Below are positions 14,010 through 27,942 of a stretch of DNA of 64,000 nt, piece by piece. The stretch lies in contig OX597841.1 in NCBI GenBank assembly GCA_951406725.2, positions 6,324,001-6,388,000 of the forward strand, read 5' to 3'. The stretch comes from Octopus vulgaris (Eukaryota). Under the pieces are notes generated by a model that was given only the letters and a program-made list of their open reading frames with translations, was not told the origin of the DNA and searched no databases. The position numbers and the translations under genes were made by a program. Positions within the stretch are counted from its first letter, which is position 1; each line of letters opens with the position of its first letter.

Positions 14010-14511
14010 ATGTTTTATGTGTGTGTGTGTTCATCTAAGGGAGGTTCCCTTGACAAGGCAGGCTTAGATGAAAACACACACACACATAAAACATAATATA
14101 TATATATTTTTTTATTTTTTTCTTTCTGCCACCCAACGGTTATCACGGCAGTAGCCACTGACAGCCGAACGATCAAACGCACACACGTACACAAAAAATG
14201 TTTTCTACCCCTACGCCAACACACACATATATAGAACAGTATACACACACACACGTCTCTAAGTAGATTTTTTCTCGCCCCTTATAAAACATCCAATATT
14301 CCTTAAATAGTCAGAACTTTATTCTCGGTCACAAAGAACATCTATACACCCTCACCCACATGAGTGACCGATGCCGTGACCCGTTGAATTCTTCAGCCAC
14401 CGGTTCTCAACATACACTGATAAACAGTTTCGCCATGGGCTCTTAGGAGCACAGTTCGATTTGTTTTTTGCTCCGCCTCTGTTCTGTTTTTGTTTTTCCA
14501 ACGGATTTCCT

Positions 14512-14601
14512 TTTTCTTCCTGAAGAGAAAGACACAATATGGTCCCATTATTCAATCGGATTTTGGTAATTTGTGCCTTTCGAAACACGCGTAGAATGAA
14601 A
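14512..14601 (+). ncRNA. Type I hammerhead with extended stem II
   Basis: CTGAAGA at 14520-14526; 11-bp stem II with one mismatch; GAAAC acgc GTA| at 14582-14593. Confidence 0.8.
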
Positions 14602-14809
14602 TAAAACGATTTCTGTTCAATCTGCGTTCAGCTCCATTTCTTCAATTCACCAATAATGTTTTAACTTCAATTATCCGCACCAACGCACGGTTGCAACGCC
14701 AGATGGTTGTACCTCCAACCGTGCTGTTTACTGCTGTGATTTTTGCTACTAAGGTATCGGTTAAACTTTTGATTAATCTACTACAAGGTTATTCATCTTT
14801 CTATTTCAC

Positions 14810-14845
<36 letters not shown>

Positions 14846-15686
14846 TATATGGATACAGGACGTCACCAATTGTGTAAACAACATGAAGTATGAAAACAAA
14901 CGAGTTAAAAACGCAAACAACGAGAGAAAACGAGGAAAACAGATCAAGTAAACACACAGAACGACCCTTCATCAGTTGTCGGCTGTCTATCTTTCTACCC
15001 CTCATTTCGAGCATTCGAATATGTTTGTGTATCTGCGTTTGTTTCCACCCCCTAGCATCGCTTGACAACCAATGCTGGTGTGTTTATATCTCGGTAACTT
15101 GGCGGTTCAGCAAAAGGGCCCCGATAGAATAAGTACTAGGCTTACAGAGATGAAGTTCTGGGGGGTCAATTTGCTCGACTAAAGGCAGTGCTCCAGCATG
15201 GCCGCAGTCAAATGACTGAAACAAGTAAAAGAATAAAAGAATAAAAGAGAGGAAGAAAGACAGACAGACAAAGAAAGAAAGAAAAAAAGGAAAAAGAAAG
15301 AAAGAAGGAATGAAAGAAGGGAAAAAGCAAAGGAGGAAGAAAAGAAAGAAAGAGAGAAAGTAAGAAAGAAAGTTGTTATTTGAAAGAGAATCTGGTTTTA
15401 TAAAAAGCCCTTAAGCTTGTATGAAGTGTGGCCTCATTTCAGCAGGCGAAGTGCCTAAGCAGATGGTTGTTGTTTACATTCAAGGTGTTGGGTTTCAAAT
15501 AACACTTGTTGAAAAGAACTTCACTTTTACTTGGGACGTAATGCCATTTTAATGTAACAGGAAATATTTTCCGCTTCTCCGTAAATCTATTTCTTTACTA
15601 CCCACAAGGGGCTAAACACAGAGGGGACAAACAAGAACAGACATAGGTATTAAGTCGATTATATCAACCCCAGTGCGTAACTGGGA

Positions 15687-15711
15687 GTTGGATTTCGCTA
15701 ACGCATGCGCA
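15687..15711 (+). promoter_or_regulatory. Conserved caspase promoter motif (NRF1-like)
   Basis: GTTGGATTTCGCTAACGCATGCGCA ~85 bp before ATG 15797. Confidence 0.65.
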
Positions 15712-15796
15712 TCTGATGTTAGTCGGGTGATACGACTGAAATGATGTATCATACCCAGAATTATATTCCGCTCGCTACGTTGCTGCAACGACTACT

Positions 15797-16639
15797 ATGG
15801 ATGCTGTCAGTGGAGACGGCAATACAGGCGCTAAGTTCCATTTACCAACCGAGGAAGATTTAATGAAATGTTTCGATAAATATGACATGAAACATATAAA
15901 GCGAGGTGTTGTCTACATCTTCAACAATGAGAATTTTAAAGACTCAAAAAAACTTCCAACTCGTCACGGCTCATCAAAAGACACAGAAGATTTTAAAACG
16001 GCATTAATACACCTTGGATTTCACGAGACTGATATCAACGTTTATACAGATGCAACAAAGAAGGAGATGTTCGGGGCTTTGGAAGACTTTCACAACGATA
16101 ATCCTGATATTAAAGGTAATATTGACTGCTTTATTTGTGCGATTCTGAGCCATGGCGGTGAAAATGATATCATATATGGATACGAGGGTGAAGTTGAGCT
16201 AGACGAAATGCTTTCTTACCTGAGACCCGATCGCTGTCCATCTCTGACAGGAATACCTAAATTAATCTTTATTCAAGCATGTCGTGGAAGTAAGATTGAT
16301 GTTGGAGTCGAAAAAAAAGATGGTTTTGGATTCGGATTTGAAGAAAAGCCACCGAAAATTCCAATTATGGCAGATATGTTGGTTTTCCATTCGTCGTATA
16401 AAGAATATCCGTCAATAAGGGATAAACAGAAAGGTTCGTGGTTTATGCAGACTTTAAGTAAAGTGTTGAAGAAATACGGCGCAGAATATGAAATTATGAA
16501 ACTGTTAGCTGCAGTCTGTAACCATGTTGCCACTTTAGAATACCAAAGTTTGGATAATCCGGAATACGATAGCTGCAAACAAATGCCTCAGATTATGTCG
16601 ACGTTGCGCAAAGAACTAAAGTTTGAGCTGAGAATGTAA
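15797..16639 (+). CDS. Single-exon short-prodomain caspase-3/7-like protease
   Basis: 280 aa with RHGSSKD, LSHG, PKLIFIQACRG, SIRD..GSWF and KQMP; AATAAA at 16900-16905. Confidence 0.95.
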   Translation: MDAVSGDGNTGAKFHLPTEEDLMKCFDKYDMKHIKRGVVYIFNNENFKDSKKLPTRHGSSKDTEDFKTALIHLGFHETDINVYTDATKKEMFGALEDFHNDNPDIKGNIDCFICAILSHGGENDIIYGYEGEVELDEMLSYLRPDRCPSLTGIPKLIFIQACRGSKIDVGVEKKDGFGFGFEEKPPKIPIMADMLVFHSSYKEYPSIRDKQKGSWFMQTLSKVLKKYGAEYEIMKLLAAVCNHVATLEYQSLDNPEYDSCKQMPQIMSTLRKELKFELRM

Positions 16640-18344
16640 AATATTTCAGGTGTGGGATCCTTAAAGAGAATCGAAGCTTCTTATGGTGAGAATTTCTGAT
16701 ACATGTGCATATACGAAAAGAATATATTTTAGACACCCTTACATCTACAAATGCAAAAGGTGTATATGTTAAGAACTCATATATCTACAAATAGATGCAA
16801 AATTTCACGTGTAATACCTACAGCAGAAATTGATAAATAGATAAATGTAATGTTTACAACCAAAAAATTGCTAATATGATTACAAACTTGATTTGATTTA
16901 ATAAATATCTTCAAACATTTTAAGGTGCTTAACTAAAACTATTTCCTACCATGAATTTTACTAAAGAACACCAGTGCCTTATAGGTCCATTCTAAATTAC
17001 AAAATAATTCTACGCTCAGAAAATTGAACAAACATTGTTTTATATACAACTAAATATGAACAATATTAATATCTAGGCTATTTTATTCATGTATTTTCCT
17101 ATATCGCTGGATTCGTAACAGTTTCTCTGCCAAAGAGAAATTTTTTATTTTTCTTCTCTCACTGCATTAAACTATTTCAGCACCATTGCGTAATATTTTT
17201 TTCAATTATTCTGCTATTCTTGTTAAATTCTTGTGGATAATCTCCTAATAAAATTTCTCTCTTATAAATGTGAAGTCTCTGAATTGCCAATGAAATATCA
17301 AAATGTATCAGCTTTTTCGTTAGTTCTTAATTTATTTAGATATGTAAAGTGTGAATGAAAGATTGCTATGTAATTTTGTTATAAGCAGAAAAATTTGTTT
17401 ATAAAATGATCAAATTCCCAATTGTAGTGTAAATTGCAGCGCTGGATTAACCATTATTCACGTGCTTAGGGCATCAAGGAAAGTTTGCTAAAATAAGATT
17501 CGATATGGGTTTATATGACCGGAATTGGAGGCGTACTGGCCCAGTGGTTAGTGCGGCGGACTCGCGGTCATAGGATCGCGGTTTCGATTCCCAGACCGGG
17601 CGTTGTGAGTGTTTATTGAGCAAAAACACCTAAAAAGCTCCACGGGGCTCCGGCAGGGGATGGTGGTGATCCCTGCTGTACTCTTTCACCACAACTTTCT
17701 CTCACTCTTACTTCCTGTATTTCAAAGGGCCGGCCTTGTCACTCTCTGTGTCACGCTGAATATCCCCGAGAACTACGTTAAGGGTACACGTGTCTGTGGA
17801 GTGCTCAGCCACTTACACGTTAATTTCACGAGCAGGCTGTTCCGTTGATTCGGATCAACCGGAACCCTCGTCGTCGTAACCGACGGAGTGCTTCCACATA
17901 TGACCGGAAATATAATTTCTAAGTGTTCATGGTGTCTTAGTGAACTGATCAAATGTAAATATACAAAAATAATCTTTATTTTCCATCTTTATGTTAGCTT
18001 TTGTGACACAGCTTCTGTGTATTGTAAAACCAACAATCTAATAGAAGTTGGGCTCTATAGGCCACTCCTGACTCCTCTACCACGCTTCAAGGAATGCCTC
18101 AACAGCATTAAATGTTTCATCCATCAGTGTTATGCTGACAACATATTAATGGCTGCTATTTCTACACAAATTGCGCGTTTTAATTCATCAACAGATCGAG
18201 GGCGATGACTGAATACTTTCAATTTTAAATATCCCCCCACACAAGAAGAAATCACATTTCACCATTCCAGAAGAAATCATCCAAAGTGTTATCCCTAACT
18301 TTCATGAACGTCTCCAACAGTGTGTTGACAATGACGGGAAGCAT

Positions 18345-18547
18345 TTACTCTTACTCTATTACTTGTTTCAGTCATTTGACTGCGGCCATGCTGGAGCACC
18401 GCCTTTTTAGTCGAGCAACTCGACTCCGGGACTTATTCTTTGTAAGCCCAGTACTTATTCTATCTGTCTTTTTTGCCGAACCGCTAAGTTACGGGGACGT
18501 AAACACACCAGCATCGGTTGTCAGGCGATGTTGGGGAGACAAACACT

Positions 18548-18583
<36 letters not shown>

Positions 18584-20531
18584 GACAGGCTTCTTTCAGT
18601 TTCCGTCTACCAAATCCACTGACAAGGCATTGGTCGGCCCGGGGCTATAGCAGAAGACACTTGCCCAAGATGCCACGCAGTGGGACGGAACCCGGAACCA
18701 TGTGGTTGGTTAGCAAGCTACTTACCACACAGCCACTCCTGCGCCTGAGTTAATTTAGCTGTTTCAATTTTCAAAACTTAATGAAATAAAATGGCATTAT
18801 ATGTACGTTCAGGAAAAAATATTTTCTTTTCATTATTTCTTATTTTGGTCTACCCTGCATTCAGGAGTAAAAATTGGACAGCATAGTTGTTGTTGTTGAA
18901 GTTGGGAGAATCCGAAACATAGGCGCAGGAGTGGCTGTGTGGTAAGTAGCTTGCTTACCAACCACATGGTTCCGGGTTAAGTCCCACTGCGTGGCACCTT
19001 GGGCAAGTGTCTTCTGCTATAGCTTCGGGCCGACCAAAGCCTTGTGAGTGGATTTGGTAGACGGAAACTGAAAGAAGCCTGTCGTATATATGTATATATA
19101 TGTGTATGTATGTATATGTTTGTGTGTTTGTGTTTGTCCCCCTAGCATTGCTTGACAACCGATGATGGTGTGTTTACGTCCCGTAACTTAGCGGTTCGGC
19201 AAAAGAGACTGATAGAATAAGTACTAGGCTTACAAAGAATAAGTCCTGAGATCGATTTGCTCGACTAAAGGCGGTGCTCCAGCATGGCCGCAGTCAAATG
19301 ACTGAAACCGGTAAGAGAGTAAAACGAGAGTAAAAGAGTCATTTGACTATACTCTTTACTATTTTACTTGTTTCAGTCATTTGACTGCGGCCATGCTGGA
19401 GCACCGCCTTCTAGTCGAGTAAATCGAGCGCGAGACTTATTCTTTGTAAGCCCAGTACTTATTCTATCAGTCCCGTTTGCCGAACCGCTAAGTTACACAC
19501 CAGAATCGGTTGTCAAGCGATGCTAGGGGGATAAACACAGACACACAAACATATACATACACACACATATATATACATATATACGACAAGCTTCTAAGGT
19601 GTAAAATGGGGCAAAATGAGTAATGTCTAATTTCAATAATTTCTTCTCTTTAACTGCATGGTGTGCAAATTAATCGCAAAGCGGACACTCCAGTGGATCG
19701 TAAAGAAACTATACGGAATATTTTGTTACATTTTTAGTCGAGCAAATCGAGCAACTTGGGACTTGTTCTTTTTTGTAAGCCCAGTACTTATTCTATCGGT
19801 CTCTTTTGCCGAACCGCTAAGTGACGGGGACGCAAACACACCAGCATCGGTTGTCAAGCAATGCTAGGGGGGACAAACACAGACACACACACACACACAC
19901 ACAGACACACACACACACATATATATATATATAAAGTTAATCCAAACAAGAAAACAAAAAAAAAAACAACAACGCAAGGATGTGGAACAAATAAAGTATT
20001 ATTGGACGCTCACGACAGGCTTCTTTCAGTTTCCGTCTACCAAATTCGCTCACAAGGCTTTGGTCGGCCCGGGGCTATAGCAGAAGACACTTGCCCAAGG
20101 TGCCACACAGTGGGACTGAACCCAGAACCATGTGGTTGGTTAGCAAGCTACTTACCACACAGCCACTCCTGCGCCTATATATATATATACGACGGGCTTC
20201 TTCCAGTTTCCGTCTACCAAATCCACTCACAAGGCATTGGTCGGCCCGGGGCTATAGCAGAAGACACCTACCCAAGGTGCCACACAGTGGGACTGAACCC
20301 AGAACCATGTGGTTGGTTAGCAAGCTACTTACCACACAGCCACTCCTGCGCCTATATATATATATACGACGGGCTTCTTTCAGTTTCCGTCTACCAAATC
20401 CACTCACAAGGCATTGGTCGGCCCGGGGCTATAACAGAAGACACTAGCCCAAGGTCCCACGCAATGGGACTGAACCCAGAACCATGTGGTTGGTTAGCAA
20501 GCTACTTACCACAGAGCCACTCCTGCGCCTA
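18345..20531. mobile_element. Cluster of family A SINEs in both orientations
   Basis: 18345-18746 (-), 18921-19340 (+), 19350-19595 (-, partial), 19733-20531 (-, head triplicated). Confidence 0.9.
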
Positions 20532-20731
20532 GTCGAGTTATGCTAATTTCATATCGTGTGTTATCTTCCCCAGATCCTTTTTCATTTGACCAAGATATTT
20601 AAACTTATTTTGGGAATTTCTGATGTCTAAGGATAGCTACTGATGAGTATGAGTCTGTTTTCTGGAGAACTGAAGCGATACATTTACCTTATCTTGGCTT
20701 ACTCATTTTGCCCCAGCCAACTTCGTCTTTA

Positions 20732-21106
20732 TCTCTCTCTATATAAACGGCAGTTTGTCTGTCTGTGTGTCTGTTTGGTTGTACCCTCACCCTGACCACG
20801 GCTTTCAACCGATTCTGATGAAACTTGACACACACATAGCCCAATGTCATAATTCAAAACTAACGCAGCGAAAATTTTGAAAAGTTCCCCCAGTTCTGAA
20901 AAAAATCGATAAATTCGACATGGGGTCGAGAATCAGAAACACAAACCACAGACTGTCTAGGGGATGCAACTCGACCTTTTTAACTCTCAAAAAAATTTAC
21001 CATAATTTTTTTCCAATTTTTTTGCTATTTTTTGGCTATAACTCTCTAAAAATACTTTATAGTTATTTCCCTTACAAACCCGAGCAACGCCGGGCGATAC
21101 TGCTAG
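20732..21106 (+). mobile_element. Non-autonomous Helitron-like element
   Basis: 5' TC, subterminal hairpin CCCGAGCAACGCCGGG, 3' CTAG, inserted between A and T, no TSD. Confidence 0.75.
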
Positions 21107-21491
21107 TATCAAAGAGAATGGCGAAAATTTTCTGAAATGGTGATCAGATTATGTTTATCAATTTGTGTTGCAAGATTCCTGATATGAAATCTTGTGTTGA
21201 AACAGATATTGTTGTATCTCGGGATGGTCATGTCCGGAAATCTTTCGTCACACATCTGTGACACATCATAGAAGAGCAGAATAGGGTAAAGTGGAGCAAG
21301 AGCACACACGGAAACGAAAAGTATCGCTGAAGAGGTCACAGATGTGTGAAAAAAAAGATTTCCGGACAATGGACATGAGTTAAAATAATAAGAACAGTAA
21401 TAAACGAGCGAAGAACAAATATATAGTGCGTGTGTTTATTTGGGAAAAAAATGACCGTCCCAAAATACAACAACGAGCAGATTATAATATA

Positions 21492-21791
21492 CTAGCAGTA
21501 TCGCCCGGCGTTGCTCGGGTTTGTAAGGGAAATAACTATTTAAGCATTTATAGAGAGTTACTTCCCTTATATAAACCGAGCGAAAATGCATTAAAAGTGC
21601 GGAAAAATGATGGTAATTTTTTTTAAAAATCGTAGACTCATCGTAGACGCGCGCTAATACCCAGAAGGGCTCGATATGAATCACGACTATAAGATACCCG
21701 GTTTTGGTTAAACTGCCCCGCAAAATGTGGGAGTAGTTAGGAATCTAAATCGTAGGAGACAGATACACAACCTCACTTTTATATATAAAGA
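21492..21791 (-). mobile_element. Non-autonomous Helitron-like element
   Basis: Same 3' hairpin + CTAG and 5' TCTTTATATATAAAA on the minus strand. Confidence 0.8.
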
Positions 21792-21889
21792 TTTAAGTTA
21801 CATTTATATTCATATACCATTATAGAAGATCATCTTATAATAATTTTCCTTGTCATTCCGTTAGTTAGCCAGACGATAACGCTTTCATG

Positions 21890-22244
21890 TGATTAGAGAT
21901 AGAGAGAGAAAGAGAGAGAGAAAGCAGAAGAGAGAGATAGAGAAATAGAGAGAGAGAGAGAGAGAGAAAGCAGAAGAGAGAGAGAGAGAGACAAAGAGAG
22001 AGAAAGAGAAAGAGATGGAGAAAGCAGAAGAGAGAGAGAGAGAGAGAGAAAGCAGAAGAGAGAGAGAGAAAGCAGAAGAGAAGAGAAAGAGAAAGAGAGA
22101 GACAGAGAGAGAGAGAAGCGTCCATGACGTAAGGTAGAGGGAGTGTAATTGTAACGCTTTCACGTGATTAGTTGAAGGGAAAGAGAGGAGAAAGAAAAAG
22201 AGGATAAGGCGAAGAGTGAGACAGAAAGAAGGAGAAAGAGAAAG

Positions 22245-22285
<41 letters not shown>

Positions 22286-22470
22286 CGTTCATGCGGTGAG
22301 GTAGGGGGAACGTAAAAGAAATTAGTTGAAAGTTGAGGGGGAGAGTTAAAGGTATCATTTTCGCAGAGGGGGGTAATGTTCCGATGGTGAGGTTAAAGAA
22401 AGGCAGAGAGTAAGGAAGAGAAGAGGCAGGGAGAGAGAGAGAGAGAGAGGAAGAGAAGAGCGAGAGAGAG
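21890..22470. repeat. (GA)-rich low-complexity tract
   Basis: Polypurine GA repeats. Confidence 0.9.
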
Positions 22471-22619
22471 ATGATGATGATGATGGTGGCGATGGTGATT
22501 GGATAACCAATTTTTTTGTATCGCTTAGCACTTAACGCATGCGCTTAAGTGCAATTCTATGAAATAGTCACGCTTAATTACGTAGTAGATACACGCATTT
22601 AACAAAAGGTTGTATCATA

Positions 22620-23412
22620 TTACTCTTTTCTCTTTTCTCTTTTACTTGTTTCAGTCATTTGACTGCGGCCATGCTGGAGCACCGCCTTTAGTCGAGCAAA
22701 TCGATCCCGGGACTTATTCTTTGTAAGCCCAGTACTTATTCTATCGGTCTCTTTTGCCGATCCGCTAAGTGACGGAGACGTAAACACACCAGCATCGGTT
22801 GTCAAGCAATACTAGGGGGACAAACGCAGACACACAAACACACACATATATACATATATACGACAGGCTTCTTTCAGTTTCCGTCTACCAAATCCACTCA
22901 CAAGGCATTAGTCGGCCCGGGGCTATAGCAGAAGACACTTGCCCAAGATGCCACGCAGTGGGACCGAACCCGGAACCATGTGGTTGGTTAGCAAGCTACT
23001 TACCACACAGCCACTCCTGCGCCTATATGTAGTGAATATTTTAATTTTTTCTGTTTGTTTTTGGGGAAAATGGAAAAACAGGAGCGAATATATCAAGGCT
23101 CTAAAATTGTGCACAACGTATATAAAGTGTATATATAAAATGCATTAAGCAATCATCGTATTCCAATTTGGGCAAGTGTCTTCTACTTATAGCCTCGGGC
23201 CTACAAAATCCTTGTGAGTCGATCTGGTAGACGGAAACTGAAAGATGCCCGTCGTATATATATATATATACCTAGCGGTTCGGCAAAAGAGACCGATAAA
23301 ATAAGTACTGGGCTTACAAAGAATAAGTCCCGGGGTCGATTTGATCGACTAAAGGCGGTGCTCCAGCATGGCCACAATCAAATGACTGAAACAAGTGAAA
23401 GAGTATATACAT

Positions 23413-23461
<49 letters not shown>

Positions 23462-23655
23462 GAATGTGTGTGTGTGTGTATGTTTGTGTGCCTGTGTTTG
23501 TCCCCTCAACATCGCTTGACAACCGATGCTGGTGTGTTTACGTCCCGGTAACTTAGCGGTTCGGCAAGAAAGACCGAATAAGTCCTGCGGTCGATTTGCT
23601 CGACTAAAGGCGGTGCTCCAGCATGGCCGCAGTCAAATGACTGAAACAAATAAAA
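22620..23655. mobile_element. Family A SINEs
   Basis: 22620-23024 (-) full length; 23168-23655 (+) rearranged copies. Confidence 0.85.
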
Positions 23656-23772
23656 AGCCGAAATCTGCGATGAGGGATCAGTTTCTGACTGAAGAATGAA
23701 GGCTTTGAATGACCCGTTTGTCTTTTTGTTCGTCCCTTCGTGTATTTCACGTTATTTATTTATGTAAAGGTT

Positions 23773-23821
<49 letters not shown>

Positions 23822-23837
23822 CACACACATATACATA

Positions 23838-24225
23838 TCTTTATATATAAAAGTGAAGTTGTGTGTCTGTCTTCTACGATTTAGATTCCTAACTACTCCC
23901 ACATTTTGCGGTGCAGTTTAACCAAAACCGGGTAGCTTATAGTCGTCATTCATATCGAGCCCTTTTGGGTATTACCGCGCGTCTACGATGAGTCTACAAT
24001 TTTAAAAATAATTTACCATCATTTTTTTTTCCATTTTAATGCATTTTTTCGCTATTATATAAGGGAAGTAACTCTCTAAAAATGTCTACGATTTAAAAAA
24101 AAATTTACCATCATTTTTTTTCCATTTTTAATGCATTTTTTTGCTATCTTTTGGCTATAACTCTCTGAAAATGCTTTATAGTTATTTCCCTTACAAACCC
24201 GAGCAACGCCGGGCGATACTGCTAG
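23838..24225 (+). mobile_element. Non-autonomous Helitron-like element
   Basis: A|TCTTTATATATAAAA ... hairpin ... CTAG|T. Confidence 0.8.
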
Positions 24226-24256
<31 letters not shown>

Positions 24257-24299
24257 CGGCTTAAATTGGCCCCGCGCTTTTTTTTTTTCTCTCTCCTCG

Positions 24300-24489
24300 T
24301 CCAATGCGCATGCTCAGCTACAGTACAGCCCAAACAGGAAGAATATACAACTGAATCGAATTCCATTCATTCGAGGAATAACCTCTTGTAGAAAATCACG
24401 GGAAAGAAGATGTATATAATATAATATATATCAACTCACACACATTGATTTAATTTCCAGATACCTGGGAAACATTCGATGAGGTAACT
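24300..24489 (+). promoter_or_regulatory. Putative promoter and non-coding first exon of the 9-finger ZNF gene
   Basis: TGCGCATGCTCAG (NRF1-like) at ~24305; donor GAG|GTAACT at 24483/24484; acceptor ...ttctttcAG at 26878. The same arrangement occurs on - at 41090-41335. Confidence 0.55.
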
Positions 24490-24670
24490 TATTTGTAATT
24501 AACGTTGTTTTTCCTTTGTTTCGGTTCTATGATCCGTCGTGAAATTCGTAACGTCCCTTGGAAACGAATGAACTAGAAATAGCAGCTAAATTGGTCAAAC
24601 TTACCTTACAGATTTACCGCTGAATTACCCTTAAATCAGACCCTGCGTTCGGTTTCCGATTTGCCGATTC

Positions 24671-25172
24671 GGCGATCTTTGGTCTCTAGTAGACCTTTCC
24701 GTCGATTTCCGTATAAAATTTTTTTTTTTTTACATATGGGCTTGCGGGAACTTTTGAAGTAATATACATACATATACACACATACATAGATACATACACA
24801 CACACACATACATGCATACATACGGCCATACACACACACACATACATGCATATACACATACGCCGAGTAAAAAATTTCAGTTATCTCTCTCTTTCACACA
24901 TTACTCTGTCTCTTCACAAACACTAACAGAAGCACTTCACTTACACAACATACTGTCTGTCTCCCACACCCCATCAAACACACACACACACAAATGTACA
25001 TCAACAGTCCCCCTGAAAGGTAACTTCAAAAGAACTTCCCTCGTCATACAATCGCTTTCTCTTAGTCTCTTTCGCTCTCATTACTTCAAAAGTTCCCGCA
25101 AGCCCATATGTAAACGAAAAAAATTTTTTTACGGAAATCCACGGAAAGGTCTACTAGAGACGAAAGATTGCC
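24671..25172. mobile_element. MITE with ~90-bp TIRs and 8-bp TSD (Merlin-like ends)
   Basis: TIR GGCRATCTTTYGTCTCTAGTAGACCTTTCCG...; TSD GCCGATTC. Confidence 0.88.
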
Positions 25173-25424
25173 GCCGATTCTATGTTACGAGAATATAAAC
25201 AAACTAACACTCGTTGTGAAACTGTTGGATGGCGGGGAGGTAAATACACACACACACACACACGTGTGTATTTACTCCCGCACCACATGTGTGTGTGTGT
25301 GTGTGTGCATTTACCTCCCCGACATCCAAAATCTTGATGGAATGCAATGATTCGAAATAGATCGGAAAACAATAACAAAGAATCAAAAGTTACTCATTTT
25401 GCCCCGCCGCCTAACTAAACTATT

Positions 25425-25790
25425 GGCTATGTGGTAAAGTAGCTTGCTTACGAACCACATGGTTCCGGGTTCTGTCCCACTGCGAGGTACCTTGAGCAAG
25501 TGTCTTCTAGTATAGCCTCAGGCCGACCAAAGCCTTGTGAATGGATCTGGAAGACGGAAACTGAAAGAAGCCCGTCGTATATATATGTGTGTATGTTTGT
25601 ATGTCTATGTTCCCCCTCCCATCATCGTTTGACAACCGGTGTTGGTGCGTTTATGTCACCGTAACTCAGCATTTCGGCGAAAAAGACCGAAGTAGTAGGC
25701 TTAAAAAGAATTAGTCCTGGGGTCGATTTGTTCGACTAAAGGCAGTGCTCCAGCATGGCCACAGTCAAATGACTGAAACAAATAAAAGAA
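25425..25790 (+). mobile_element. Family A SINE, diverged
   Basis: Head and tail match the other copies. Confidence 0.85.
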
Positions 25791-26234
25791 TATGTTTGCT
25801 TTTATGAAACATCTGGGCACAAGCATGAAAAGGGGACAAAAATAAAGGAAAACTAAGGAAAATACAACCACTAGAGGGTTCAGGGCTCATCTATTCTGCA
25901 AGCCCTCACATGGTGTTCACTATCCTGTTGTGTAATCATCATCATCGTTTAACGTCTGCCTTCCAGGCTGGTATGGGTGGGAAGAGTTTGACAGGTACTG
26001 GCCAGGCAGAAGCCTGCATTAGACTTCTGTGACTGTTTTGGCAGGATTTTTACCACTAGATACCCTTCCTAACACCAACAACCCAGCAGAGTGGACTCTG
26101 TGCTTTTTGCGTGGCACAAGCACAGATGAGGTCAGTCCCAGCAAGGTTTTTTTACATCTGGTTGCCCTCCCAAATTATGTATTTAATGTTACACAAAATT
26201 AAATTGTGCCCGTAGCCTGTAAATATGTAGATTT

Positions 26235-26812
26235 GAGCACAAGTTTCTATGATTTAATTTGAAAGCAATCAGGTGTCATGTCCAAAGCTTGTCAGTAAAG
26301 AATTGTAAAATTTCCACTGTTGAATGTCTGTGGTCGGCCCGAGGCTATAGTAGAAGACACTTGCCCAAACTGCCATGCAGCAGGAACGAACCTGGTTCCA
26401 AGTGTGTGGTAAGCAAGCTATTTACCACGTTCTTTAGTGGCATAGATATCGAAGCCCAAAGATGCATTAGGGATCTTAGCACAAGCTTCTATGATTTAAT
26501 TTGAAAGCAATCAGGTGTCATGTCCAAAGCTTGTCAGTAAAGAATTGTAAAATTTCTACTGTTGAATGTCTGTGGTCGGCCCGAGGCTATAGTAGAAGAC
26601 ACTTGCCCAAGCTGCCATGCAGCGGTAACGAACCTGGACCCAAGTGGTTGGTAAGCAAGCTATTTACCACGTTCTTTAGTGGCATAGATATCGAAGCCCA
26701 AAGATACATTAGGGATCTTAGCACAAGTTTCTATGATTTAATTTGAAAGCAATCAGGTGTCATGTCCAAAGCTTGTCAGTAAAGAATTGTTAAATTTCCA
26801 CTGTTGAATGTC
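26235..26812. repeat. 242-bp tandem repeat (~2.4 units) in the ZNF intron
   Basis: Units offset by 242 bp (26259/26501); roughly one unit in the paralog at 39160-39385. Confidence 0.9.
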
Positions 26813-27096
26813 TGCTGTTTAATTAATTATTAATTATCTCATAAAAACTTATATTGTTTTGTTTCTCTGTTCTTTCAGAATGTCTGATGGTATTGGCAGC
26901 AGAGGCCTTGTATGTTGAGACAATGGTTTAAAGAATAAAGGAACCTGTTATACAAAGCAGATGTAACTATATTCATATAAACCTGTGATGGAATTGCCAT
27001 GAAATATTTCCAGAGGACGAGGATATTTGTTAGAAATACAATATAAAAATAGAGAAAGGAAAAGACATCCTAAGAAAGAGAGGAAGTTTATGGGAA

Positions 27097-27942
27097 ATGT
27101 CTGGGGTTTGTGTTGCATTGAATGTGAAGAAAGAAAGCCAAGGGAGTGGTTTACCTGATGAGATGTCGAAAAAGAAGAAGGGCAAAACTTCATATCACTG
27201 TGATATTTGTACAAAGACATTCCAGAAACAGTGTATTCTAACTATTCACAAAAAAGGTCATTCTGGAGAAAAGCCATACCACTGTGATATATGTGGTAGT
27301 TTATTCTTGTTGAAACATAACTTAACTGTACACAGACGTATTCACACAGGAGAGAAACCTTACAGCTGTGATATCTGTGGTAAATCTTCTGCACAAAGTG
27401 GTGACTTAAAAGCTCACAAACGCACTCATACAGGAGAGAAACCATATCATTGTGATATCTGTGGTAAATCCTTTTCACAAGGCAACCAAGTTACCAAACA
27501 CAAACGCATTCATACAGGGGAGAGGCCTTACGGCTGTGATATCTGTGGTAAATCCTTCACTGGGAGTCATGTGCTAAAAGCTCATAAACGCATTCATACT
27601 GGAGAAAAACCTCATCACTGTGATATCTGTGGTAAATCATTCGCTCGAATTGATCACTTAGCAACCCACAAACACATTCATACAGGAGAGAGGCCTTATC
27701 AGTGTGATATCTGTGGCAAATCATTCTCTTATAGAAGTACTTTCATTTCTCACAAACGCATTCACACAGGAGAGAAACCATATCAATGTGAAATCTGTGG
27801 TCAATCATTCTCTCAAAAATCTGGCTCAGTTGTCCACAAACGTATTCATACAGGAGAGAAGCCATATCACTGTGACAGCTGTGGTAAATCTTTCTCTCAT
27901 CCAAATACCCTCACTACACACAAATGTGGAGAAAAAGCATAA
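27097..27942 (+). CDS. C2H2 zinc-finger protein, 9 fingers (last is C2HC)
   Basis: 281 aa of CxxC-x12-HxxxH repeats with TGEKP/TGERP linkers; N-terminal KKKKGK; no recognisable effector domain. Confidence 0.93.
   Translation: MSGVCVALNVKKESQGSGLPDEMSKKKKGKTSYHCDICTKTFQKQCILTIHKKGHSGEKPYHCDICGSLFLLKHNLTVHRRIHTGEKPYSCDICGKSSAQSGDLKAHKRTHTGEKPYHCDICGKSFSQGNQVTKHKRIHTGERPYGCDICGKSFTGSHVLKAHKRIHTGEKPHHCDICGKSFARIDHLATHKHIHTGERPYQCDICGKSFSYRSTFISHKRIHTGEKPYQCEICGQSFSQKSGSVVHKRIHTGEKPYHCDSCGKSFSHPNTLTTHKCGEKA

Noticed and set aside
13506-14588. Twin 78-81-aa ORFs in the palindrome
   Set aside because: They are antisense to the hammerhead-bearing repeat, use GTG starts and show no protein motif.
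17528-17600. tRNA genes at SINE heads
   Set aside because: A/B boxes run directly into SINE bodies, with no complete acceptor stem or terminator.
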